DNA from: Pseudovirgaria hyperparasitica
Taxonomy: Eukaryota
NCBI GenBank assembly: GCA_010093815.1
Contig: ML996569.1
Direction: 5' to 3' (one strand)
DNA: 64,000 nucleotides
Shown here piece by piece: positions 13,629 to 25,385 of this stretch. The notes beneath the pieces were generated by a model. It had not been told where the DNA came from. It did not search any database and was given only the letters and a program-made list of their open reading frames with translations. The position numbers and the translations under genes were made by a program. Numbering within the stretch: the first letter of the stretch is position 1; each line of letters opens with the position of its first letter.

Positions 13629-14184
13629 CTTGTTGATTGCAGTACGGTTTGTGCTTGGAATGAATTGAGATGTAAGCTTTTGGGAAGGTCTGTCTATTGT
13701 CGTGAGTATAATTGATCTTGTCTGGACAGCAAGGTGTAATTGTTTGGGAGGGAAGCGTTGGAGTTGAAGGAAACGTCTGATAGGTAGCGATGCCATTGGC
13801 ATATATGGTGTGCTCAGTGGAAGATCTATGAAGATGGTGAACTTACAGTTTACGGTTCTCGGAGTGAAGAGTAACTGGAGAGGAGTGGATTGCGTAGTGC
13901 TGGTAAGGACATACGTGCTCTTTACATATGGGCGATGCTCCTTGTGCCCCACATGACATCATGACCAGCTTCACGTCCACCTCAGGCACCAACCACATAA
14001 ATGTCGATAGAAGGCGCCATGCAACTTTGGCATTTGCCATTCACTTGGCAGCTTTAGCCTTGGCCACGAAGCCTACGGATTTGTGGTTGGCAGCTTTCAC
14101 GACTAAATAGATTCCACTTACACCTATTGTTCCTGTCCTATCGATGATCTGATTGATCGCTCGCTCCTTTGGGCCCCAGTCAGT

Positions 14185-15377
14185 ATGTCCAACAATCTCC
14201 TATCACCAACGCAGTCTGGGATGGGCTTTCTGAGCTTCAACAGCATGCCACCTCGCCTGCATATCGCTGGAGACGACCCTGAATTTGATCCTGAAACCAT
14301 TCAACACTGGAAGGAAGAGGGCTACCATGTTAGCTACCACTTCTGCGACAGGAACGACCCAAAGCCTTTTCAGAGGCTTCTCAAGTCTCTGTCTGATGAT
14401 TTAGAGCTCGGCGAGGCATATGCGCTAGTGACATATGGCCATGCAGCATCACAGGCTCTAGCTGTACATATAAAGCCCCAGCCACGGCTCTGCGCGCTCA
14501 TTGCGTATTATCCAGACACAGTCGTGCACGCAAATGCAAAGTATCCTTCACAGTTGCAGGTACTCTGCCATCTGGCGGGAACGCAGCAGTTCAGTCCAAG
14601 CTTTAAGAGCTACCGATATCCACAGACGCAGGAGGGCTTCGCAGAGAGCGATCTCGAAGAATATGACAAGGTTGCTGCAGGTCTGAGTTGGAGTCGAAGC
14701 CTTGCTGCTGTTCGCAGGGGCTTCAAACGTGAAAACTCGGACCTTGAAGCTGTCTGGGAAGACCATGTCGCTTGTAGGTACCATAAAGGGCGAAATGCTA
14801 ACATGAGTACTGATTCTAGAACGTAGTGACATTTACGCATCGTGAAGCTGCTGGAACTGTAAGGACCATGCGACCTAAGGCAACTCTGCATTGCGTGCCA
14901 ACCATGACGGGAGGGATAGGCCAGAAAGAGCTCCTAAAATTCTACCGGGACTTTTTTATTCCTTCTACTCCTCAATCACTAAGTATCAGACTTATTTCGC
15001 GGACAATCGGGGAAGACCAGGTTGTTGATGAAATGTTTGTAGCATTGCGACATACGCAAGAGATTGACTGGTTGCTTCCAGGAGTTCCACCCACAAACAA
15101 ACAGATCGAGATCATGATTGTGAGCGTAGTCGGAGTACGAGGAGGCAGGTTGGTCCATGAAAGGCTATACTGGGATCAAGCAAGTGTTCTGGTTCAAATT
15201 GGCCTATTAGATCCAAAGCTTGTACCAAAAAGCATGCAAGACAAGGGCATGGAACGACTGCCAGTCGCTGGAAAGGAGGCTGCACGCAAAGTCCTTGACA
15301 TTGAGGAAATTCCTGGTAATACTTTAATACCGGACTGGAACGATGGAGAACCATCCAACGGTGCTCGTGGCTCCTGA
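14185..15377 (+). CDS. Dienelactone-hydrolase-like / SnoaL(NTF2)-like two-domain protein (carboxymethylenebutenolidase-like)
   Basis: ORF 14185 joined by intron 14774..14826 to ORF with 'VPTMTGGIG..LLKFYRDFFIP...RLISRTIGEDQVVDEM...HERLYWDQASVLVQIGLLDP'. Confidence 0.85.
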
Positions 15378-15451
15378 AAATTCGATCGAATCCGGTGGCT
15401 TGAATTGTATCGACAATTGAATGTGTCAGAGTGCTCTGGGAGCAATTGCAC

Positions 15452-16808
15452 TTACGCCATAAAGGTACAAGTCGGTAAACGATAGGTCTTGAGCTTCCAA
15501 TATGGCCGCTTCACCCCTTCCCACTCTCCGGAAGCAACAAGGTCAGGGATGTCAATGTTTTCCCAATCAACGTCGAATCCAGCTTCGAGAAGATCCATTT
15601 CCACGACCTAAATTCTGTCAGCACATTCATAGATGCTCTCATGAGAGATAACTGACATTCTTGTATACGTCGTAGCAAATCTGTCGGTCTGCACCCATCC
15701 CATTGAAGAAGCCGAACCTCCCTCCTTCCTCGAGTAATCCAATGACATGTTCGGTGAAGAAGTCCCGCAAAGCTTTGTACTCCTCGGCAAATGTATCGAA
15801 ATAGATGGCATTGAATAACAGCCCCTGCTGAGCGAGTTTCGGTACTACGTCTTGCCATTTCCCCTCGTGAATGACAACATTTTCTCGCTCATACCAGCCG
15901 TCCCGTCGCATCTGTGCTAACACGTCCGGATGTGCTTCCACAATATGATGTGCAATCGGTGACTGCTCCTGGAATGCCTTGTCGATCATGCCCATGCCGT
16001 GCCCAACATTCAACACACGAGCTTCAACACTCGGCAGCAAGAGCTTCGCACTCCGCTCCATGATAGGACCTTCCCAAGACATCATGACGCCGTTGGCAGA
16101 GCGATCCAGAATTTGGCTGTCGCTGATAGTCACGGGATGAGAGAGATATGTCGAATTATGAGCAGAGACATCACTCTCAATCTGCTCGCCTGTGGAGCCA
16201 GCACCAGCCAAATCAGTAGTCGAGTTATCTTGCACCTCAATCGCGTCCTGTGCCTCCTCCTCTTCATGCTCATCTTTTCCTCCCTCCTCTTCCCCACTCT
16301 CCTCCTCCTCCTCATCCTCAGCATCAGCCAGCGCCTCATACCCATCAAGCCTACCAAGCAGCAACTCAGCCCGCACCCCCGCATCAACCATCAAATCATA
16401 CACCTCCCTCACCCCCAGCCTCTCCGCCACACACCCGGGCGTCTCATCATTCACATCCAACTCATTCCAAATCGCCCCGTGCTGCAGCAACAACCGCACC
16501 GTGCGCACCGCCGCTGCTATCTCGTCTTCCCTCTCCTGTTTCTTCCGCCGCTCCTCTGCCCCCTCCTCCCCCTCCTCCCCTGTTGCTGTATCACCATTCA
16601 CATGCCCCCCGTCTTCATGCTCGTCATGGCTTATATCAAGCGCCGCGATCGCCGCATGCAGAGGCGTGAATCCGGTGTCGCTGTCTTGTACGTTCGCGGA
16701 GCTGTGGCGGAGGAGGTCGCGTAGGGCGCTGATGTCGTGGTGGGCGGCGGCGAGGAGGAGGGATTGCGTTGTGAGGTCGGTGTCGGTGGCGAATGCTGGG
16801 TCGTCCAT
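15452..16808 (-). CDS. rmt2: Protein arginine N-methyltransferase 2 (ankyrin-like N-terminus)
   Basis: 'ANVQDSDTGFTPLHAAI', 'NGVMMSWE..IM', 'VLNVGHGMGMID', 'IYFDTFAEEY', 'FFNGMGADRQICYDVY'; intron 15608..15656; last exon VVEMDLLEAGF...EWEGVKRPYWKLKTYRLPTCTFMA*. Confidence 0.93.
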
Positions 16809-17503
16809 TGTTGTGAATGGGGACTGCTATCGTGTCGGTTTTGTTGGTTCACATGCGTTGGGTTTGGGTGGTGGTGATAGGAGGAAGGGGGTTTTTTTTG
16901 GGGGGGGGGGTGTTGGGAAGAAATGTTTTGTTTGATGTTGTTGGTGGGTGTGTGGGTACGGTACCGTACCTGCAGGCGGGTGTGTGCGTGGTGCCTTTAG
17001 TGGGCGTGGCGCGCGTGTATTCAATGCGAGCCCACGTGGTGGGCCGGCATGCATGGTGGTGGGGGTACCCGGGGGGGTGTTGTGTGTTTTCGTAGAAGTT
17101 TGAATTTGCTGTGTATTTACTGGGTCATATCTGTATAATTGGCATAGAGCAAGGTCGTGGTCAGAGTCATGCATTCTTTCATTTCAGTCTTCATACTGAG
17201 TTTGTAGTGGATGCCCCGCCTCTGACGTCGGCATGCCCCTCACTACCGCGACTCAGATACTCAGAATAGACGCGATGCATACTATCCGGACTACTGCATA
17301 AACAAAGTGAAACAATACTGTTCGTGTTCCTCATCACAGACGTGGCTTGGACAATCCTCTGACACACAAAGTCAGTCATCCACATGGCTGCCCGCAGTGA
17401 CAAAGAAAGAGAGCTCAATCCATATCATCATCATATACATGTTGTTTACAATTCCCTCACCCATTATCCTACCTAGAAGAGTGTGTACATGTATGAATGC
17501 AAC

Positions 17504-18475
17504 TTACGCTTTGACATGCTCATCAAACCACTGCACAGCCTGATAGAACGCCTGCTCCTTCGCAAACCGAATCTGCTTCTGCGACACATCGCCCCTGACC
17601 GCAAAACCGTGCTCCACGCCCGAGAACAGGTTCAGCTGATACGTCGCCTTCATCTCCTTGAGAATATCCTCCGTCTGGCGCCTCTTCTCGGCTGGGAAGA
17701 TCTTGTCCGTCTCTGCAACACCACACACACATCTCATTAGCCATCCGCCACTCACTCACACACAGAATCCAAAAAACCAGACACCAAGAAAAACCACATA
17801 CCTGCAGCCGCAATACTCAACGGCCCCTCCACACCCCTCAACTCCTCCTCGTCCACGAAACTCGGATGCGCCGTGAACCCGGCATCCACGCCGCCCTTCG
17901 CGTTCAGGAATCGCGCCACATACTTGCCGCCGAAACAGTAGCCCACAGCCCCGAGCTTCTGTACGCCTGCGCTGCGCATCGCTGCGATTGTGGCTGCCAC
18001 GATCGGATCAACGTTGGCGGGCAGGTGGTTCTGCAGCCAGTCCATGATCTGGAAGCCCTCGGGGGGGTTCAGCTTGACCGGGTCGCCGGAGAAGAGGTCG
18101 GGCATGACGGTGAAGTAGCCGTTGGCGGCGAATTGGTCGGCGATGCTGATGGTGGGCGGTGTTAGAGACGTTTATATATGTGTGTGTATGTAGAGATGTG
18201 TGTTTGTGCATGTAAGGTAGGTGTCTGGCAGGGGCTTACAGCTGGGCGTTTATGAATTCGTGGCCGATGACGTCCGGCAGGAGGAGGACGCCGTAGGTAG
18301 TGCTTTTATCTTGCGGGAAAGAGACATAGGCTTGGTCTGCGCGGTGGTCAGTCTGTGTTTGCAATGGACGCGTTTGGGAGGACATACAGCCACCGAATTC
18401 CTGCACTTTGCCAGCTGCTTTGCCCTCGTGCTTGACGCCGACGGTGCAGCATTGAGCGGGGGCGTTGGAGGTCAT
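17504..18475 (-). CDS. Dienelactone hydrolase family alpha/beta hydrolase (Aim2-like)
   Basis: MTSNAPAQCCTVGVKHEG; 'LLPDVIG', 'ADQFAANGYF..MPDLF.GDP', nucleophile motif 'GAVGYCFGG', 'HPSF', 'GVEHGFAVRGD'; three introns. Confidence 0.9.
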
Positions 18476-19357
18476 TGTGGGGCGAGTCGATCAATTGAAG
18501 TTGAAGTCTTGAGGGTCAGAGGTATAAGAACGAGTAAGTTGAAGGAAGTGGGAGTACGAGAGCTGCAAGATAATCAATTATAAGGTCCAGCTGTCCCACA
18601 TTTGTCATCGGTATTCGCATGTCCATTTGAAACTTATCACTGGAGTTAGCCGGGAAAGCGGAGTTAGGTGATCCCTGAGGTCGATTTGCCGTTATCCATT
18701 ATGCCCTCTAATTAGCAGGTGCTAGTCGATACCCCTGCACATTTGTTGTCTAATCCGTTGGATGTGTCTGTTGGTTCTAGGGTGAAAACCAAAAATCCTT
18801 ATGGCTGCCGCAAGTGGATTCGCTGATTATAGTTATTACTGGAACAGGGGACAACATTGGAACGGCTCTCGACGTCTGGCCGGATATGTCATAGTCCATG
18901 GCACTTCGGCTTTGGGGTCCGGTCCGCGCACTATCTGTTAATCACTTACAAGTCACGGCCGAGGGCATGAAGGGACCGTAGGCCCTCGTACACAGATCAG
19001 CTCCGGCTCTCCTATATTCCATGCGAGTGATTTCGTTGTATTTGTTCCATTTCACTTCAATACTGTACAGTAACAACGCGACCTAGAAGTCTCTCTCAGG
19101 GACTCACCACCTCCCGTAGATCCCATATCGCCCAGCCTCGCAGGTCCTAAGATTATTTTGTGATATTTATGTGCTGACGCCCGGTCGTCATGTAAAGCAA
19201 ACGACCCTTCCCATAGTACGAACTCCATGATGCAAATCGCCCGTATCTGGTCTCTGGTTGAAGAGATGCCGCCGAGTATAGCTTGCTCAGATCTTTTCGA
19301 TAGTCTGCTCCATTGCACAACGGCTGGCATTAACATACGGTCTTCCAAACCTGTGCT

Positions 19358-22300
19358 CTATCGAGCATACGGATGATACCCCCGGTGCCCTCCTCGTCCA
19401 CCGCCTCGGTAGTTTGCACCAGGTCTACCAGCATTCTTTGGGCCCGTCGGCGCACCAGCAGGGGCAGCGCTCGGTGTCGATGATGATGAATCTGCACCTC
19501 CGCCTCCGCCTCGGCTGGCGGTGCCACCACGACCACCCCTGAAACCGCCTCGGCCGCCCCCAGGTCCGGACGGAGCATTAGGAATGTTAGGTTGCGGAAC
19601 GTCGTCGTACATGCCTTCCCAGCTCGTGGGTCCGTTCTGTCCATATCCGCCGCCATTGCCAAAAGAACCGCCCTGCATGCGACGCGCTTGCTGTTGCTCG
19701 TACTTCTGGTGCTCGAAGGCAAGCTGTTCCATGGCATTGTAGCCGGGCCGGGCGCCACCGGGACCTTGAGGGCCAGGGGATGGAGAAAAGTTTCCTCCAG
19801 GCCCAGGTGTCCCTTGCTGTTGTTGCTGTTGCATCTGCATTTGTTGCATTTGTTGCATCTGCTGCATCATGGCGGGATTCATTTGGCCCATCTGGCCGCC
19901 TGGAGACTGTGGGTTGGGAGAGCCTTGACCTTGGTTCTGAGCTTGCATCATCATTTGCTGCATCATTTGAGGATTCATCTGGCCCATAGGACCCCCCATA
20001 TTATTCATGCCCTGGCCCATGGCCATCTGTTGCTGCATCATCTGGAAATATTGTTGCATCCTTTGCCAGTACGACGCCATCATAGCAGGAGTCATGCCGT
20101 TCTGCCCGCCGTTCTGGCCTCCTTGATCACCCTGGTTTTGTTGATTGTCCTGACCACCATAGTTGTTGTCATTTCCTCGGCCAAATTTGCCGTCGAACTT
20201 GCCCCTTCCAAACCCTTTCGAGTTGTCCTCTTGCTGCAAATTTCCTCGGGGTTGTGCCCTCTTCACTTCAATCATCTTGCCATGGATCTCCAAGGGCCGG
20301 GACAAAGTGGCGTCAACAGCAGCATCACCATCGAATGTAACGAAACCGAAACCACGTGGTCGACCCGTGTCCTTGTCCATCATCAATGTCGCGTCTACGA
20401 CACGTCCAAACTGCATAAAGAAGGACTTGAAATCGTGCTCGGTGCATTCTTGGCTGACACCACCAACAAATATCTTACTGGTGCGTTCTTGCTCTTCTCG
20501 GGGAATAGCTCGTTTAGGATCAATCTATCACAAGTCAGAAAGCATTTTAGAACATGAGCTGGTAAGCCTACGATTTTTCCATCCAGGTAATGCTCCTTGA
20601 CCATTACGGTGTTGACACATTTTGGATCTTTGAACGTGAGAAAGCCAAAGCCACGTGATCGTCCCGACGCGCTATCACGCATAACGGTACACTCTATGAC
20701 CTCTCCAAACTGAGAGAAATAGTCTTTCATCGATTCTAAAGTGGCATCAGCATTATAATCCCGCGCACAGGGCACCATGGCGTCATGTAACGGAGTCAAA
20801 GCCAACTATGCATGGGACCGAGATTCTGGAGCGACTCACGTTCGGTTGTTTCCCAGTTCAAGCCACCGATGAACATCTTTCTATAAACAAAACAAGTTAT
20901 TAGCAGACATTTACATCAAACTGCGATATTGATACCCAATCATCCAGCAACATGGTGGTATTACAACTCCGTTATGGTCGCGCAGTCTCATTTCAACACT
21001 CCGAAGCCGTGGTGGTCGGTCATTCAAATGAAAAGTCAGAGGGCGTGTCATTCAGTCCATCATCAGCGGTGCGTATGGTGGTAGCAAGCAAAAGCTCTTG
21101 TTGACTCTCTCATGGGCTTCGTCAAACTCAGGCTACCATCTCCAATGTCTTCCAAAGCTTCTCGTTCAATATGAATTGCTCTAGCTGTATTGCGTAGCTG
21201 CTATCTTCGGGTTTGAGCAACGCTTCATTAACCCTTTTTGCGGCTTCCCACGTCAACGCAATGGTGTGTTGACAAATGTCCACGCCAGAGGAAATTCCTG
21301 CCACAAGGAATAAAGCAATCGGGCGCGCGAAGGCTGTCTCTTGGTATTGAGTCGGAGCTAGGTAATGTGTATCTGTGCGAGATATATACGCTTCGTTTGC
21401 CGAAGCAATAGCAGATACGATAGCCTCAGAATTTCCTTTGGTCCTTGACGTTTTGCATGTGCCCGCTTGCTCTATCAAGAATTATCGACATAAAGCTAGG
21501 ACTTCTAATGAACGGCCTTTTTACCCATGCCGCTGGGTAGGTTCGTCGGAGCGGCGAACAATATTACTCTGACGGAATGCTTGCTTTGACTGATGACCAC
21601 GACCACCCACTAGTCATGTGCCGCATTGCTCGCACATTCTAGCTTCAACTTTTGGAGTCCTGGCATATTTTGACCGTGTTCATCAGATCCAGCTAGAGCG
21701 CACCCTCAAGAATCTCCTTAGCACCATGTGACCCCCTGCCCTGAGGTTCGAAATGCTGAGCAAGAATGCCAGTCCGACAATAGCTTCTGCACCGTGCCAC
21801 CACGGCCCAGGAAAATCCATACGCTGTGAGACCTTGCGACTGCAAACCTTGACTGAACTGATCGACCTCGGATCGACCGCCCAAATCCGACCCAACCGGT
21901 CATCAAGTCGTTTCAGAGGTTTCAATGGCGTACAGCTAGTTTCAGGGCAACGACCATGTTGCAGATGATTGAGAGAACAAAATACATGAAATACAGATAG
22001 GGAATGTACTTACCCATCTTCTTTAATACCTATGGGTGGGTAGTTGTCCTCACCACCATTTGATTGATTATAACTGTTATCGTTGTAGTCCCCACCTTGT
22101 GTATTGCCGTAATTATTGTCGTAGCTACCACCTGCCCCATTTGACGTGTTCATATCGAAACCGGCATTGCCTGATACGACTGGTGCGGACTGTGGCTCAG
22201 ATTTGACTACAGGTTGAGCAGGTTCAGGCTCAGGTGCTGGTGCTGATGCCTGTGCAGGTGCCGGCGCTGGTGCATCAGTCGGTGGCGCATCTTCAGTCTC

Positions 22301-22404
22301 GTAGCTTGTCCGAATCAGCGAGAGGTCCGTGTACGATAAGTTGAAGGGCATACTCACATATCTGCGAAGAGATCATCCTCGTTGTAGTCTTCTCCATCAG
22401 CCAT
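19358..22404 (-). CDS. hrp1: hnRNP/Hrp1(Nab4)-like RNA-binding protein with two RRMs, Q/M-rich region, RGG boxes and PY-NLS
   Basis: Exons 22358..22404, 22014..22304, 20840..20880, 20572..20735, 19358..20524; 'KEDGKMFIGGLNWETT', RNP1 'RGFGFLTF' and 'RGFGFVTF'; C-terminus GGHRGYHPYAR. Confidence 0.92.
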
Positions 22405-22816
22405 GTTCACCCTGATTGCTTTTTTAATGAAGTCTGATCAGAATCGATGAGCAGATCGCGAAGAAGCGCCCTGTGTTGACGTTGTCAAACTATTTCGGGT
22501 GACGTCCGGTAGAGTTAGGAGATCGGTGGAGAAGAGATGTAGAGTCGCCCGACGCGATCAGAGTTATCGGTAAATGTGGAATCTCGACGCACGAACAGAT
22601 CCCTGGATGATCGCGGCTTGTAGTAGACAAGAAAACGGCGAGTGTGATACGCAAAGGTGAGTGTTTGAGGTTTGCAGGGCGCGCAGCTCTTCGGGAGCTA
22701 AGTAACTCCGGCGCCGGGGTCCTGCCGATACGTCACAGTGGATTGGGGTTGTTCGATAGACGTGGTCGCTGCGAGCTCGAATTGCCTGAGGGAGAGTGGG
22801 GCTGGCAGTCTTAAAC

Positions 22817-24855
22817 ATGGCCTCCAAGAAGAACCAACAGGTCAGTTATCTCGCGTTACTCATGGGCTCACTGAACTGATCACCTCCATAGGAGATGGTC
22901 CAGGTCGGTTCGTAGCTGTCCCGACACGATATGCTAGACGAACAGCAAAGCTAACATCTATTCCTCAATGACGCAGATCGTTCTGGGTAAGTTTCAACAC
23001 GTCGCTCTGCTCTCGGTCGTACTGAAATCATGCGCAGATCGGCATCACCCTTCTGGAAATCGTCTAACGCGAGCGCCTCCAAAGAGTACGAGAGCAAAAA
23101 GATCATAGGCGCTTCATACTCTCACGCCGATATACTCAAATTCGACTCCTTGTAAGGACATTACTATCTAAGAACGTGGATGTGGACTTATGGCGCAGGT
23201 CCGGCACCAATAGATCACATCCGAAGACACCGCCGGTATCCAACTCTCGTGAATCTAGTGCCCCGCCTTCAAGTAAACCCTCGAGTCGTCTATCACCCCC
23301 GCCCCAAAAACGATATACATCCTTCTTACAGTACACGAACAATGATTGGGACGCAGAAGGAGAGGACAATGATGATGACGAAGAAGAGGACTTCGTGCTG
23401 GAGGATGATGACGAAGATGAGTTTGGGCTCCCAAGTATAGCAAGCATGCGGCGCAAAGGCAAAAGAAAACCTCCGGACACTCCCGCAAATGATCAAGGGC
23501 AGTCTATAGATCCTCATAGTGGAACGGTGTCCCTCTGGCGCGTTGACACAGGTGACATTGCTGAAGAAAGAGGCATCCCGAATTATCCAGTAGCAAAAAA
23601 GAGCGAAGGAAAGATACTACGCCCCCAGTATCAAGAGATACTCCGAGACCCAGCCAACTCGCTACATCTGATCGATCACCCTACTGTCCACCCTGATGCC
23701 AGCTCCAAAGAAAAGGAAGCGCATTCCGCGCGCCTGGGCCGAATCAACAAGTTCAAGCGTATACTGCAGTCAAGTACGATCTCCTTGGCCGAACTGCGCG
23801 ATTGCGCATGGTCAGGAGTTCCTGAAGAGGTGCGCGCCATGTCGTGGCAGATCTTGTTGGGTTATCTACCTACGAGTAGCGAGCGACGTGTCACAGCTTT
23901 AGACAGAAAGAGGAAAGAGTACTTGGAGGGTGTACGTCAAGCTTTCGAAAAGGGGACTGCAACTGGACAGTCGTCTGCAGCTGCAAGCAACCGGGGCAGG
24001 GGGAGAGGCTTGGATGAAGCGATCTGGCACCAGATTAGCATTGACGTTCCCCGAACAAACCCGCATCTTGAGTTATACGGCTACGAAGCAACGCAAAGAT
24101 CTCTAGAGCGCATCCTGTACGTATGGGCAATTCGACACCCCGCGAGCGGTTATGTACAGGGCATAAACGATCTCGTGACACCATTCTGGCAAGTCTTTCT
24201 TGGAATGTACATAACCGACCCTGATATAGAGTTCGGCATGGATCCGGGGCAATTACCAAAGCCTGTCCTCGATGCAGTAGAGGCAGATACGTTCTGGTGT
24301 CTTACCAAGCTTCTAGACGGCATACAAGACAATTACATATACGCGCAACCTGGCATACAACGGCAGGTTGCAAGCTTACGCGACCTAACGGCGAGAATCG
24401 ATGCTAAGCTGGCAAAGCACCTGGAAAACGAAGGCGTAGAGTTCATCCAGTTTAGTTTTCGATGGATGAACTGTCTTTTGATGCGGGAGATTTCCGTCAA
24501 GAGCACTATCAGGATGTGGGACACGTACCTGGTGTGTTATGACCCACAACGCAGCGATAAAGATGGTACTAACTTTGTTCACCAGGCGGAAGATCACGGT
24601 TTCTCGGACTTTCATCTATATGTCTGTGCGGCCTTCCTTGCAAAATGGTCCGAACAGCTTCTCAAGATGGACTTTCAAGGCATTATGATGTTTCTGCAAG
24701 CTTTACCGACACGGGAGTGGACCGGGAAGGACATCGAGCTTTTACTCAGCGAAGCCTTCATATGGAAGAGTCTCTTTGGGGGTAGTGCTGCGCATTTGAG
24801 GAACGATCGCCAGGGTAGCTCAACATTTGGAGTAGGCATGGGTCCTGACAGATGA
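22817..24855 (+). CDS. gyp1: Rab GTPase-activating protein Gyp1 (TBC domain)
   Basis: MASKKNQQ|EMVQVD|RSG|SASPFWK via micro-exons; TBC motifs 'QISIDVPRT', 'GYVQGINDLVTPF', 'EADTFWCL', 'FSFRWMNCLLMRE'; introns 22841..22891, 22908..22976, 22987..23037, 23152..23198, 24532..24585. Confidence 0.93.
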
Positions 24856-25349
24856 CACTGAATGTATGAATCGAGCGGACTTTTAGACCAACGTTTGTGA
24901 TTCTTGCAGTGACTGGGCTCTCTCTCGTGAGGTCGACATGCTCCTGTACCAAACACACGTCTACACTTTTGATTACAAGTGAATCTCTGTCCATCGTTCG
25001 GGTCTTGAAAACTGTTACTCGATTTCATGTTGTGGTCCGTACTGGTGGCCACTTCAAAGGCTCAAGCTGGACTACGACATCATCAGGGTTGTCAAGCTCA
25101 TCGCCTGCACTCATCATGGCTCAGACTCGTCCCACACAAAAGAGGAGTCGGTTCAACCATCGCACTCTCGCACAGTGAGACCGTGTGAACCCCCAATCGA
25201 TACCACGATCGCAAAGACCCGAGTGTTTGCCTCACGTTTCCCGGCACCTTGCCTCTCAGATTCCGAGCTTTGTACATCGTGTTTGTCGGCGGTAGTAGAT
25301 CTCTCTCAGACCTGGCAGTCCAGAAATGGCTCGAAACGATAGACGGCGC

Positions 25350-25385
<36 letters not shown>

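Noticed and set aside
13629..13952. N-terminal extension of Bli-3 in the ORF track
   Set aside because: Recognisable protein begins at MSTFSN in a good context (AAC AAG ATG); upstream sequence resembles promoter/UTR, though a presequence cannot be fully excluded
19592..20557. 321-aa ORF antisense to hrp1 (likewise antisense ORFs over rmt2, nma111, fimA, glfA)
   Set aside because: Shadow ORFs produced by the codon bias of the real gene on the opposite strand
21035..21066. TGATGA...CTGA box C/D-like pair in the hrp1 intron (minus strand)
   Set aside because: Only ~30 nt apart, with no recognisable rRNA guide; too short to call a snoRNA
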